From: Myxococcota bacterium
GTDB taxonomy: Bacteria > Myxococcota_A > Bradymonadia > UBA7976 > UBA1532
Assembly (NCBI GenBank): GCA_036337435.1
Contig: JAYZEG010000041.1
Location: 32,001-96,000, forward strand
DNA length: 64,000 nt
Direction of reading: 5' to 3'
Part shown: positions 37,254-47,774 of the stretch, piece after piece
How the letters are laid out: every line of letters begins with the position of its first letter
Numbering within the stretch: position 1 is the first letter of the stretch
The notes under the pieces: model-generated
The model's input: the letters and a program-made list of their open reading frames with translations, nothing else
Databases searched by the model: none
What the model was told of the DNA's origin: nothing
Position numbers and translations under genes: made by a program

Positions 37254-38891
37254 ATGAGGGGTCTTGAGGGAAACAGCGACTTTAACTTACTGGTGTGTTC
37301 GGACCTGCATTTGGGCGGAACCCTCCGAGGAGAGGACATCTTCACCGCACCGGGTGCCTCTCTGCCCTTCGCCGCTCTCAGGCGTGCTGTTCGGCACGAT
37401 AAATCAGTCGAAAAGTTTCTCGATTATCACCGCCACAATACCGCCACAGATGAGCTCGGTCGGTTGAAGCCGTGGCGATTGGTCCTGAATGGCGATATTT
37501 TTGATTTTCTGCACATCGACGTGATGCCCACTGGAGACCAAGCGGCTGAACCCAGCGAGGACGAAGAACGCTATGGTCTGTCCTTCGCCGAAAATCGATC
37601 GTGTTGGAAAATGGGTGTTATTTGCTCCATACATCGCCGGACTGTTCGCGCCTTGGCACGATTTGTTGATGCGGGTCATCAATGCGTATTTATCTTAGGC
37701 AACCATGATGTTGACCTTTGGTTCGACAAGGTTCGAAATGGCCTCCTGGATGCACTCGAGTTGGTCTCTTCAGAGCCCGAAAAGATTCGGCAACGTGTTC
37801 GTTTTGAACCATGGTTCTATTTTGAGGAGAACCGTGTTTACGTTGAGCATGGCCATCGCTTTGACCCGTACAACACATTTCCTGACCCGCTGCAGCCGAT
37901 CGTTGTCACGGACCAACGTCAGTTAGCACCTACATTTGGACATTTTAGTCTGCGCTATTTTTGCAATCGAGTCCGGAGTTTTCCCATTTACGACATGGAC
38001 AAAAATCCCATGTCAAAGATTGTTAATTGGGTCATCAAGAGGCCTAAAAAAGAAGTCTTCATGGCTTTTGTCTACTGGCTATCTTTCCTTTGGCGGTACA
38101 TCAGAGCCAATTTCCTGATCCGGCGTTCGGCTGATCAGAAACGGGCCTCGCTCAGGCAACGCCGTCGTGAAAAATTAAGGCACATCGCTGAGTCGAAAGG
38201 GCTCACGCTCAAGGACGTGTTGAGCCTCGATGGTTTAAAACGCCGCCATGTAGGGGCTAGTTTTGCAAGATTGGCTCAAAGTATGTTGCTGGACCTCATC
38301 GCTCTGTTCTCAATAGCGGGTGCGTCTGTGGTCGCCATCATCGCTGTGGCAGATGGGTGGAATGCGACTGTTGCCACCTCAATTCTGGTTCTGTTCGTGT
38401 GCGTGATTTGGTATCGGCTCAATCGAACCAGGCCGATCTTTGATGTTCAACCCATGCTCGGGAGATTGGCCCGGAAAATCGGGCGAATCACCGGTGCGAA
38501 AGTGGTTGTCTTCGGCCACACGCACAAAGCGGCCATCGAGAAGCGTGGCGCGACCCAATGGTTGAATCCAGGTTCATGGGAACATTTACCCTGGTCGGAC
38601 GTCCACGACCGCACCGCGTCGTGTACCTGTGCCCTGCGCTATGGCGTGATCACAGGCACAGGGAGGTATACTCAGCTTTACTTGGTCGACTGGTGTGCCA
38701 CTGAGGAGGTGCCGGTCGGTGCTCGGCAAACGACCGATGGTTATGTTCAAGGGGTCAAAGGCCATTTGAGCCAAGGCGTTGGCTCATTGCATTCTCGCCT
38801 TAATCATATTCTTGGCCGCCTTCGAGATCGGGCCGGGCACGTCGCGGCTCTTCGCAACAAGTCTCAAGTCGCTGAGTCTGAGATGCGTTAG
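37254..38891 (+). CDS. Membrane-associated calcineurin-like metallophosphoesterase
   Basis: SDLHLG, NGDIFD, GNHD, EHGH, FGHTH; a TM hairpin precedes the last motif. Confidence 0.85.
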   Translation: MRGLEGNSDFNLLVCSDLHLGGTLRGEDIFTAPGASLPFAALRRAVRHDKSVEKFLDYHRHNTATDELGRLKPWRLVLNGDIFDFLHIDVMPTGDQAAEPSEDEERYGLSFAENRSCWKMGVICSIHRRTVRALARFVDAGHQCVFILGNHDVDLWFDKVRNGLLDALELVSSEPEKIRQRVRFEPWFYFEENRVYVEHGHRFDPYNTFPDPLQPIVVTDQRQLAPTFGHFSLRYFCNRVRSFPIYDMDKNPMSKIVNWVIKRPKKEVFMAFVYWLSFLWRYIRANFLIRRSADQKRASLRQRRREKLRHIAESKGLTLKDVLSLDGLKRRHVGASFARLAQSMLLDLIALFSIAGASVVAIIAVADGWNATVATSILVLFVCVIWYRLNRTRPIFDVQPMLGRLARKIGRITGAKVVVFGHTHKAAIEKRGATQWLNPGSWEHLPWSDVHDRTASCTCALRYGVITGTGRYTQLYLVDWCATEEVPVGARQTTDGYVQGVKGHLSQGVGSLHSRLNHILGRLRDRAGHVAALRNKSQVAESEMR

Positions 38892-39956
38892 GAAGCGCAT
38901 TGCCTCACTCGTAGGCGTTTTGGGGTTCTTCACCAAATTGAGTTTGACCGCATAATGACGCGTCCATTTTCGATTGCCCGCGATGTACGTTATCACCTCA
39001 TCGATAAGGGATTTATTCTTGGCGTAGGCGAGCACTTCCGAATCGGTTACGGCCGGACTCCGAATCACGGTTCGTGCAACCACTTTATTGGTGTCTCGAA
39101 TCAAGATTCCACGCTCGGCCGAATTGCCCATGAGCGCGAGCCTCACTTTCTGAGCGACATTCAGCTGTCTGATGCGGCCAGCCGCCGACATTTTCTTTTC
39201 GTCTTCTGCTTCAGTCTCAGGTCGGTCGTCAAATTCGTCTGCCGATCCCATGGTTCGCTGCATCACATCAACGGCTGCATCGACCGCATCTTCACTGCCA
39301 TCACCGCTGAGCTCTCGCAACGCGTCCTGGGCATCTCTAAAAAGTGCATCAGCGGCCGCTTGCTCTTCCTCAGTCTGCGGAATTTGACCACCGATTTCGG
39401 CTACGATCGCCTCGTAATCAGGAATGGCGGACAGCTTGAGTTGGTTACGGGCTGCGAAGTCAAGCATCCGATCGACTGTCGACGCTCTGGCCGTTGGATT
39501 AAAGTACAAGGCTTCAATCAAGGCGGGGCATCGTAACAAGCGCATTTGGTTCTGGGCGATTAAATCGCAGATCGCCTCGTCGGCCGCATCGGCGATTCTT
39601 AAGACCGTTTCGTCGTCGGTAACCGGATTCAGGAGGATGGTTCGAACGATGGCTTTATCGCCTGCAAATAGGGTCGCGAGCCAGTCGAGCACCAGGGGCA
39701 GCATAGGTTGTTTGATAACCTGCTTTAGACTGGCGTCCGGCATATTGAGGACAGTTTTCTTAGCCTCCTCATGCAGGGCACCCGTTTCTGCCATGGCGAT
39801 TTGGTACAGTGAGCATAGCTGCACGACGGGCTTCATCGGAACGAGGCCTTTTGACAACATCTCTTTTAAACGCGCCGGTGCGTCCGGAGAAATGAATCGG
39901 CGAGCGGCGTCCGGAAACTTTTCAATTGGAATCAATCGGTCTTCAGGCAGCGCCAC
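38784..39956 (-). CDS. Alpha-helical hypothetical protein
   Basis: Long ORF with GGAG RBS; repeated L..NP.T motifs; co-oriented with coaX. Confidence 0.8.
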   Translation of the reverse strand: MALPEDRLIPIEKFPDAARRFISPDAPARLKEMLSKGLVPMKPVVQLCSLYQIAMAETGALHEEAKKTVLNMPDASLKQVIKQPMLPLVLDWLATLFAGDKAIVRTILLNPVTDDETVLRIADAADEAICDLIAQNQMRLLRCPALIEALYFNPTARASTVDRMLDFAARNQLKLSAIPDYEAIVAEIGGQIPQTEEEQAAADALFRDAQDALRELSGDGSEDAVDAAVDVMQRTMGSADEFDDRPETEAEDEKKMSAAGRIRQLNVAQKVRLALMGNSAERGILIRDTNKVVARTVIRSPAVTDSEVLAYAKNKSLIDEVITYIAGNRKWTRHYAVKLNLVKNPKTPTSEAMRFLTHLRLSDLRLVAKSRDVPGPISKAAKNMIKARMQ

Positions 39957-40037
39957 GGCGACTCCTTCGGGTTTTTTAATACGTTGACGGGTTGTCCCCG
40001 ATGGGTCAAGGGGTGCTGAATAATCTCAGCTCTCGAC

Positions 40038-40814
40038 CTAGTCTCGATGTCGATTTCGCAGATAGAGAATCCTGAGCCCATCCAGGGTGAGGTCAGCGTC
40101 GACTTGGGTTATGGCAACCGTCTCGCGAGCGATTTGAGTCGCGAGTCCACCTGTCGCGATCACCCTGAACTCGAAGTCGACGGCCTCTTTAATGCGCTTG
40201 ATGAGTCCCTCCACTAAGCCGACATATCCGAACACGAGTCCCGATTGGATGCTGGCGACTGTATTTCGGCCGACAACGTGGTCAGGACGAACAAAATCAA
40301 CCCTTGGAAGACGGGCCGCATGGTCGAATAATGCTTGGCTTGATATCCCAATTCCCGGGCAGATCGAGCCGCCTAGATACGCACCATCTGGACTGACGAC
40401 GTCGAAAGTGGTCGCCGTTCCAAAGTCGACGATAACCAGGCCCGATGACCATCGATTATAAGCCGCGACCGCATTCACGATACGATCGGCGCCGACTTCG
40501 CGAGGATCTTCATAGCGAATGGGCATCCCGGTCTTGAGGCCTGGCCCTACCACCAAGCAATCCACGTCGAATAAGGCCTTCGCCATGTTGACCATCGTTC
40601 TTGTCATCGAGGGCACCACACTGGATACGATGGCAGCGGATATATCGTCTTTCGAAATGGCCAACGATGTTCCAAAAAGGGATTGGATCAGCACACTCAT
40701 TTCATCAGAGGTACGTTCTGATCGAGTCGTTACCCGCCAGTGAGCAGCCAGCTTATCCTCATCCCAGACCCCGAGCACAGTGTGTGTATTGCCGACATCG
40801 ATTGCCAATAACAT
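40038..40814 (-). CDS. coaX: Type III pantothenate kinase
   Basis: LAIDVGNT, SSVVP, VGADR, VDFGTATTFD, ATGG, LTLDGL. Confidence 0.96.
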   Translation of the reverse strand: MLLAIDVGNTHTVLGVWDEDKLAAHWRVTTRSERTSDEMSVLIQSLFGTSLAISKDDISAAIVSSVVPSMTRTMVNMAKALFDVDCLVVGPGLKTGMPIRYEDPREVGADRIVNAVAAYNRWSSGLVIVDFGTATTFDVVSPDGAYLGGSICPGIGISSQALFDHAARLPRVDFVRPDHVVGRNTVASIQSGLVFGYVGLVEGLIKRIKEAVDFEFRVIATGGLATQIARETVAITQVDADLTLDGLRILYLRNRHRD

Positions 40815-41534
40815 TCAGTCTACCTCTTCAATTATGTGAACGTCACCTGCGTGAATCAGCTCAATACCTGTTGCCGTTTCTATGCGCAATGAACCGTCAG
40901 CGGCCAGTCCGGAAAAACGCCCAATCTGTTGGCCTCGCTTCATCGGCGTACCGAGAGGCGGCCCATAAGCCAGCCAGTTTTTGGTGATGGCCGCCATACC
41001 TTCAGACGTCGCCTCCTCTAGACCCGCTCTCAAGTAGCCGACGAGTTTGTCTGCAATTTCTCGCCTATCAAGGGCCGTTTCGGTGACTTCACTTAGACCG
41101 ATGGCACTCAGTTCGGATGGCCAGCCGCCGGTCGGGACATCGATGTTTAATCCAATGCCAACCACGGCATACCAACGGGTGCCAATGGTTCTCGCTTCGC
41201 AGAGAATGCCTGCCAGTTTTTGGCCCTGATACAGGACATCATTGGGCCACTTGAGCATGACACGAACGTTTAATTCATCGCAAAGTTTGGCTGTAGCGAC
41301 GGCGGCCAGCAAGGGGACGGCTCCACCCAGGCTTTGTGGCAACTTGGGTTGAGAAAGCCAGCTTAAATAAAGCCCGGCCGACTCAGGAGAATGCCAAGTT
41401 CGTCCCATTCGACCTCGGCCCTGAGTTTGGCTCATTGACGCGACAGCATCATAGGTTGGGTCACCAATCAGTGTCAGTGCTTCATCGTTGGTGCTCTGAC
41501 AGGAGTCGATCCATTTAATCATTTTGTCTACCAT
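40815..41534 (-). CDS. birA: Biotin-[acetyl-CoA carboxylase] ligase (no HTH)
   Basis: STN, QTQGRGRMGRTW, KWPND, KLAGIL, GIGLN. Confidence 0.94.
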   Translation of the reverse strand: MVDKMIKWIDSCQSTNDEALTLIGDPTYDAVASMSQTQGRGRMGRTWHSPESAGLYLSWLSQPKLPQSLGGAVPLLAAVATAKLCDELNVRVMLKWPNDVLYQGQKLAGILCEARTIGTRWYAVVGIGLNIDVPTGGWPSELSAIGLSEVTETALDRREIADKLVGYLRAGLEEATSEGMAAITKNWLAYGPPLGTPMKRGQQIGRFSGLAADGSLRIETATGIELIHAGDVHIIEEVD

Positions 41535-42508
41535 GATAACACGTCCTCAATCGTGCTCGATTCCATCAGAAGCATGCACAGACGCTCAATCCCGAGGGCA
41601 ATCCCAGCACAGGGTGGCACGTGCTCCAGGGCGCCTAAAAAGCGACGATCTATTTCGTAGACCGGTCGATTGAGTCTTTGACGTTGTTTCTGTTCTTCAA
41701 TGAACCGTTTTTCTTGTTCGATCGGATCCGTCAATTCCTCAAAAGCATTGGCCAATTCAAACCCTCCGGCATAGAGCTCAAAACGCATTGCCTCCGTTGG
41801 GTTCTGTGGGTCTAACCGTGCAAGGGCAGCCTGACTGCGTGGCCAGCCATAGAGTAGACATGGCCTATGGCGTCCCAGTTTGGGTTCGATTTCATTGAGG
41901 AAGAGTTCACAAAAAATATGGTCCCAATCGTCATCCAGTTCGGATAGACGATGTCCCCGTTCTTGTGCGTGCTGTCTCAAGGTCAAGCCGTCCTTACAAA
42001 GCCATGGATCGACCCCAGTGTACTGGACGAAGGCATCTCGTAACTTGATGCGCTCGAACGATTGGCTCAAATCGCATCCAAAACGCATCGAGGATCCCCC
42101 TTGGTGCTTGACGATCCAATGGATCAGGGCCTCAGTCTCATCCATCATGGAGAATAAGTCAGCTGAGATTCGATACCATTCGAGCATGGTGAACTGCGGA
42201 GAATGAGTCTGCGAGGCGGGTTCGTTTCGAAAGCAAGGCGTGACAGAATAAATGCGCTTCATCCCTCGCCCCAGTAAGGTTTTGAGCGCGTATTCGGGGC
42301 TGGTTTGTAAATATCGTGTCGTGCCATTCTCCGAAACTCGAAAGGCGTCAATATGGGGTTCCATTCCCGGGAATGGGATCACCAAAGGGACAAAAATTTC
42401 CGTATAGTCTCGGTCATCGAAGAACCGCCTAATCCACCGGACGATTCGTGCAGTTTGGACCAGAGCCTCCGGCGCGATCTGCTCTATGGGACGGCGTGAA
42501 TCTGTCAC
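41528..42508 (-). CDS. epmA: EF-P lysine aminoacylase (GenX/PoxA)
   Basis: YLQTSPEYALK, FRNE..HSPQFTMLEWY, RFELY..ELANAF.EL, GIALGIERL; no anticodon-binding domain. Confidence 0.93.
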   Translation of the reverse strand: MTDSRRPIEQIAPEALVQTARIVRWIRRFFDDRDYTEIFVPLVIPFPGMEPHIDAFRVSENGTTRYLQTSPEYALKTLLGRGMKRIYSVTPCFRNEPASQTHSPQFTMLEWYRISADLFSMMDETEALIHWIVKHQGGSSMRFGCDLSQSFERIKLRDAFVQYTGVDPWLCKDGLTLRQHAQERGHRLSELDDDWDHIFCELFLNEIEPKLGRHRPCLLYGWPRSQAALARLDPQNPTEAMRFELYAGGFELANAFEELTDPIEQEKRFIEEQKQRQRLNRPVYEIDRRFLGALEHVPPCAGIALGIERLCMLLMESSTIEDVLSW

Positions 42509-42516
42509 CTAGCAAG

Positions 42517-43488
42517 TCACTTCAGTCGTTTGGCCACTTTTGCAAAGTACATAATGAGTTGTTCTAATGGCAGCCGTTCGTCTGCGGACAGGTCTGCCCA
42601 ATACGGTCTGAGCGCTGATACCCAGGCCGCACCCTCGGCTAATGCGTGATTGGCTTGCTCCGACATCTCGTCTAGGTAGACGTCTTCCACCACCGCATCA
42701 TCATCATCCATTACGCGTTGAAGAACTGCATGCATCGGATGGTCAATCGAGAGGGTAGATGACAGGTGTTTGACGGCATTGCTTGACTGCCCTGTGACCA
42801 AGCAGTTTTCGGCAATGTAAAGAGCGGCCGCCGTGGCCTCATCGATTTCGTCGATGACGCGAATGAGCACGTGCGTCGCGTTCGCGACTTTCAGGGCGGC
42901 CATTCTTCGATATCCTGTCAACAGAACAAAACGTTGCCCGGGACCGGGCCGAACAACGATGGGTGTCAGCTGACCAAAGCGCCTTATGTTCGCGGCGAGG
43001 CGATTGACATCGCGTACCGGTCGTGGAGCATCCTTCTGTTCGAATAGAATTTTATCAAGGGGGACGCGCTGCTCTTGGCGCGTCGCATTGGCAGCCTGCT
43101 CAGCCTTGGCCAATAAATTGTCCAGCTTGACCTGTCGCGAACGCAGCTCAAACTCACGTTCGTCCGCTAAGACTTCGCGATTGACCAATTCCCGGCGCGC
43201 GGCTTCGATTACTGATTCGCGAACCCGAATGTCGTCTAAATTTCGTTTGGTCTTTTCAATGAGTCGGTCGAGTTCGCCGTGCCTTGGGTCTGGACCCAAG
43301 GCAGTGCGCACTTTGTTTTTCAACGAGTCCGGTAAGTAGCCGACCGCGCGTCGAATCCAACCCCTCGATGATTCTGCGCCATCGGGACGTGTTCGCTCTT
43401 GCTGCCGAGTAACCCGCGCTTGGGCATCTCGAGCGATACGCCGGGACCGGTCCGAAACAACGGACTTAAAATCGTATCTTTTAGCCAT
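42517..43488 (-). CDS. ParB/Srx-domain protein with N-terminal coiled coil
   Basis: LAANIRRFGQLTPIVVR..LLTGYRRMAAL..AEN. Confidence 0.82.
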   Translation of the reverse strand: MAKRYDFKSVVSDRSRRIARDAQARVTRQQERTRPDGAESSRGWIRRAVGYLPDSLKNKVRTALGPDPRHGELDRLIEKTKRNLDDIRVRESVIEAARRELVNREVLADEREFELRSRQVKLDNLLAKAEQAANATRQEQRVPLDKILFEQKDAPRPVRDVNRLAANIRRFGQLTPIVVRPGPGQRFVLLTGYRRMAALKVANATHVLIRVIDEIDEATAAALYIAENCLVTGQSSNAVKHLSSTLSIDHPMHAVLQRVMDDDDAVVEDVYLDEMSEQANHALAEGAAWVSALRPYWADLSADERLPLEQLIMYFAKVAKRLK

Positions 43489-43746
43489 GACATACGCTCT
43501 CAAGCATCCTGTGGCTTGTCAATATTCAGAGCGTAAGCTGTCCAAAACAAAATGAAACTCCAGTGCTCGCAAGTTCTCTGAGGGCTTCGGTCAAAAAGTA
43601 AATGCAATCTGAACACCGTAAGATTATCGTGACCCTTGATGTCGGTTGGCCTATTCGAGACCACACTATTTAGTGGAGTTCTTGGACATCGGCCCAACAC
43701 GAGCTAAGTTTAGACGATTGCATAGGCTTTTAAATTGGAGACTCTC

Positions 43747-46700
43747 ATGACAGTGCGCATGGCACGCGGTCTGACTTTTCTGCTACTGAGCTTCTTTACG
43801 ACGGTTTCAGTCGCGGCACCTAATCCATACTCTGATTGGTCGTTCGATGCGAAACGAGCCAATGATAAAGGCGACTTGGATGCCTTGGGTGCCTTGGTTA
43901 AAGCGAATCCTCATTTCGGTCGCATTTTCTTCTATGGCCAAGTTTTTGACTTGGTGACAGACGGTGTACCTAAGCCCGTTCGAGATGCCTTGCAGCCGCG
44001 CTTAGAGATGGTGGCTAAAGTTCTGAAGCAGGTGGATTCGTCCGACGACCTACCGGCTTTATTTTTGGACCGGTTTGCGACTGGGAAACTCAAGGCGGAT
44101 GTCGAGGTTTTTCGTCGCATTCAGCAGAGCAGCATGAACCTATTGACCGATAATCGGCTTTTGGCTCTCCGGTTGTCGACGGTCGAAAATCCGCAAATTG
44201 TGCAGGCCGTCTTCTATTCGTATCTCTATCGGGCGGAATTGGCACGGCCTCGCTTAGGCGGTGCCGGTATGGTAAAGACGTTCCTCAATCTAACGCGGTC
44301 CCTCGCGGAAGGCTTCGCCCTCATCGAGGGCAATTTGGCCCCATGGCGGAGTCTAGCCGCTTTTCAGCCAAAAGCGGGAAAGAATCAGGCATCCCAGTTT
44401 GATATCGCAGTCAAAGGTGTTGTTGAGCAGAATCTGATCAACGCTCTGAATCAGTCCGTTTCTGTTGATGCCGCGACCGCCTTCAATGCAATGCTCAAGA
44501 CATATTCAACGGCTCGAGCAGCCCGCGGCGACAACTTATTGGTTGCATTGATTTTAAACGGGGTTGCTCATGCTGCAGCACGTGCAGGTGATGCGCCTCG
44601 TGCCCGAAGCTATCATCAACAAGTTCTTCAAGGCGTCCGCTCCATTAAGTTATCCGCACTCAATATTGCTCTACTCAAACAGATTATTGAACAACATCTA
44701 TCGGATAAGACATTCGATGCCATGCGTACTCAGACCGCGGCTTTGCGGAATGCGGGCATGAAAGCCCTCAACGCCATTGGTGTCACCGACACCCTCGAGC
44801 GTTCGGCGGTTGCCTTAGACGATCATGCGAGGGCGTTGATCGACGACGGCAAGCTCTCTAGCTCGATTTTGGCTATCGATGAAGCAACCGCACTCTTTGC
44901 TCTGCTCGCCAAACCAGAGGTGGCCGAGATTGGGCAGCTGCAAAGCGATGTGCCGCATCTGCGTTATACCCGTTTGAGTCGACAAGCCAAGTTGTTGCGT
45001 TTGAGGGGATGGACTGAACTGCGGCGGGGGAACTTTGAAAGTGCGAAATCAGGCTTTCGAGCCTCGATGGACATTTTTCAGGCTGATTTGAACGAGCTGG
45101 TGGAGGCGTCCCGGTCGGAGACTGCCCTGGCGACAGCGATTCTTGGCACAGGTGATTGGGAAAAAGCGCTTGCTGCAACGACATCTGCGCTCGATCGTCT
45201 GGGCCCGGATGGTGATGCGGCGACGCGAGCGCATACGTATCTCGTTCAAGGATGGATTCGATTTACCAGGGGACAACTCGCAAAAGCATATGGCAACGCC
45301 AATTACGGACTTCGCGTTTTCAAAAAGGCAACAAACAAAGCGGACAACAAAGAGGTACACGGTCGCTTGCATGCGCTGGCAGCCGCTGTGCTCGATGGTG
45401 CTGGCTTTTTTGGCGATGCGGCTGCACGCATCGATTACGCTCTACGCCACCAGCCCCAAGACCCCGAGATCGTTCGTATGGCGGTTGTTGCTAAAGTTAA
45501 AGGTGGAGACCTAGACGGCGCCATCTCTGCTCTTGAGCCGCTTTTAGGCTCGGAATACGCACGAACGGCAACGGTGTGGCGGGGTTGTATTCTTCTGCGC
45601 AGTGGTCAAGTTGAAGAGGGGCTGACCATGCTGAGAATTCTCGTGCCTCAGTTGACTCTCCCTCATCTAACGCACACCAATCTCGTTGGGCGCGCGTGTC
45701 TTGCTTACGGCTATTTAAAGACCAATGACATCGGCAGTGCCACAGCGACTCTTGCACCTGCCCTGAGGCGCCTGGAGACATACCCACACCCAGGGTTGGC
45801 TTGGAGAATTCATGCACTCGACGGTGAGATTGCGGCACGGGAAGGACGCATACTCGACGCGGCCGGGTCACTCAGGCAGGCATTGGATGCCTACCAACTT
45901 TTTCTGGGTGAACGTGCCTGGCGTGGCGTCAGTGCCGCCTATCAAACCCTGGCACTTCCAGCTGAACCGACGGATTACTTGTCGCAACTACCCGACTTGC
46001 TTGTACGGGCCGGTGAAAAGGACAAAACCGCACGATCTGCACACAGAATGGCGGCCGTGCAAGTGGCGGATTGGTTACGAGACTGGACCACGGCACCAGC
46101 GAGTCGACAATTCATTGCAGGCGGATCATCGGATGCAAACGGTAAAGTCCATGCTCAGTTGGCACGACTCGATGAATTGCGGCAGATCTTGGCCGACTCC
46201 GGCGTCGATGCCCGGCATCGAGCGACAGTCGCCCAGCGTTATCGCCTGCAGGTGGAGGCGTTCAGAGAGGCCGTCAAAGTTGTCCGCGGTGGGGACTCGG
46301 CTGCATTAGACTTTTATGCCCCGGTCAGTCAGGTTCCAGAATCGGGACCCGATGTGGCTTTGGTTCGTTACCGGGTGCAGGCAGACGCAACTCATTTATG
46401 GTTGATTCTCGCGCCCAATGATGTGCGCCATTACATGCTTCCCGGACAGGCGAAGTTGGCCGCTATCGTCGGCGAAGTCCATCGCATCATCAAGCAGGCA
46501 CCAGAAAAATGGGACAGCGAAGCACGTCGACCCAAGGATCCCAATGCGCAAGCCTGGTCGACCCTGGAAAAGGCCGCCAAAACCATTCTTCCATTTGTAA
46601 AAGAACGGGCTGTGATGGCTGCATTGACGGGCCGAACACTGAGAATTACACCTGACGGTCCCCTCATCGGTCTGCCCTTTGATGCGCTCGTGTTGAAGAA

Positions 46701-47733
46701 GCCAGATCGTCGAAAGCCGGGTACGCCACCTGCGTATTTGGGCCAGGTATATGCAGTTCAACTAGCCATGCCTCAGCATGTCAAAGCCGATGGTGTCACG
46801 GCCGACCAAACGGTCATTCTTGGTCCACTTGGAGACGGTGCCGCCAATTGCCCAGTCACCTCAGCTGGTGTCGACTTGTGCTCAGCGCAGCGTCATTCGG
46901 GACTCGGCGCGGCATTAACTGGGATCGCAGGCGGACAAACAGCACCCAAGCAACTCTCAGGAACGGCATTGTCAAGTGCCACTCTAGCCAGTTCTCTCAA
47001 AGCATATCGACGTGCGATCATCTTGAGTCCAATCGAGTTTTCATCGACTTCATTTGGCGTCTCACAGACCGATGGCACCACCGCAAAGTTATCCTTCGAA
47101 TCAATCGCCAATCAGGGCAGTGGCGCTGATGAAGTCTTCGTGGTCAGCGCAGCATTTGATGCCCTCCCTGCGGAGACGGGCTTGTCATTGCGTCGCCTCC
47201 AGAATGCGTTGATGGCATCGGGGACGGGCGTCCTGGCTCTCAACATTGCCAGCGATGCGAATGATTCAAATCTAATGGCTTACCTGAGTCCGTATCTGAG
47301 TGATAATCGGGGCCTATACGATGCGATTCACAGTTGGAAGACCCATGCCATGTCCATGGTGCATGATGTGAAGGGGCAAGGACCTGTCCTCCATCATCCC
47401 TACTACTGGGGACGCTGGTCTGTTTATTCGGTCAGCGAAACGACGCCCAATCTAATCAAAACGAAGAGTCCGACCGCGGACAACCCCTATGGGTCCGACG
47501 ATACGAGCGCGGTTGATGGCCTGTCAGGGAGTGATGCGGCCGAGACCCAGACCGGAGCGGAACCGGCGTCGACTCAGGATGGGGAAAAACCGACGATTGC
47601 GCCTGTGAAAGCCGACAAGACCGCCACGGATTCAACTCTGAAAAACACTGAGGCGGACAAAACCAAAGCCGCTGACGCAGAGAAAACGAAGGCCGCTGAA
47701 GCTGAAAAGTCCGCCAAATCCGATTCTAATTGA
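43747..47733 (+). CDS. Large exported TPR protein with degenerate CHAT domain
   Basis: Signal peptide; TPR-like helices; LRITPDGPLIGLPFDAL and HPYYWG CHAT-flanking motifs; acidic/Lys-Ala tail. Confidence 0.78.
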   Translation: MTVRMARGLTFLLLSFFTTVSVAAPNPYSDWSFDAKRANDKGDLDALGALVKANPHFGRIFFYGQVFDLVTDGVPKPVRDALQPRLEMVAKVLKQVDSSDDLPALFLDRFATGKLKADVEVFRRIQQSSMNLLTDNRLLALRLSTVENPQIVQAVFYSYLYRAELARPRLGGAGMVKTFLNLTRSLAEGFALIEGNLAPWRSLAAFQPKAGKNQASQFDIAVKGVVEQNLINALNQSVSVDAATAFNAMLKTYSTARAARGDNLLVALILNGVAHAAARAGDAPRARSYHQQVLQGVRSIKLSALNIALLKQIIEQHLSDKTFDAMRTQTAALRNAGMKALNAIGVTDTLERSAVALDDHARALIDDGKLSSSILAIDEATALFALLAKPEVAEIGQLQSDVPHLRYTRLSRQAKLLRLRGWTELRRGNFESAKSGFRASMDIFQADLNELVEASRSETALATAILGTGDWEKALAATTSALDRLGPDGDAATRAHTYLVQGWIRFTRGQLAKAYGNANYGLRVFKKATNKADNKEVHGRLHALAAAVLDGAGFFGDAAARIDYALRHQPQDPEIVRMAVVAKVKGGDLDGAISALEPLLGSEYARTATVWRGCILLRSGQVEEGLTMLRILVPQLTLPHLTHTNLVGRACLAYGYLKTNDIGSATATLAPALRRLETYPHPGLAWRIHALDGEIAAREGRILDAAGSLRQALDAYQLFLGERAWRGVSAAYQTLALPAEPTDYLSQLPDLLVRAGEKDKTARSAHRMAAVQVADWLRDWTTAPASRQFIAGGSSDANGKVHAQLARLDELRQILADSGVDARHRATVAQRYRLQVEAFREAVKVVRGGDSAALDFYAPVSQVPESGPDVALVRYRVQADATHLWLILAPNDVRHYMLPGQAKLAAIVGEVHRIIKQAPEKWDSEARRPKDPNAQAWSTLEKAAKTILPFVKERAVMAALTGRTLRITPDGPLIGLPFDALVLKKPDRRKPGTPPAYLGQVYAVQLAMPQHVKADGVTADQTVILGPLGDGAANCPVTSAGVDLCSAQRHSGLGAALTGIAGGQTAPKQLSGTALSSATLASSLKAYRRAIILSPIEFSSTSFGVSQTDGTTAKLSFESIANQGSGADEVFVVSAAFDALPAETGLSLRRLQNALMASGTGVLALNIASDANDSNLMAYLSPYLSDNRGLYDAIHSWKTHAMSMVHDVKGQGPVLHHPYYWGRWSVYSVSETTPNLIKTKSPTADNPYGSDDTSAVDGLSGSDAAETQTGAEPASTQDGEKPTIAPVKADKTATDSTLKNTEADKTKAADAEKTKAAEAEKSAKSDSN
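47650..47720 (+). repeat. Short 8-aa coding tandem repeat A[DE]KTKAA[DE] (about 2.5 copies)
   Basis: EADKTKAADAEKTKAAEAEKSAK. Confidence 0.6.
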
Positions 47734-47774
47734 GACACAATCCACGCCGTCGCCGGCACTCGGACTGGTGGTCG

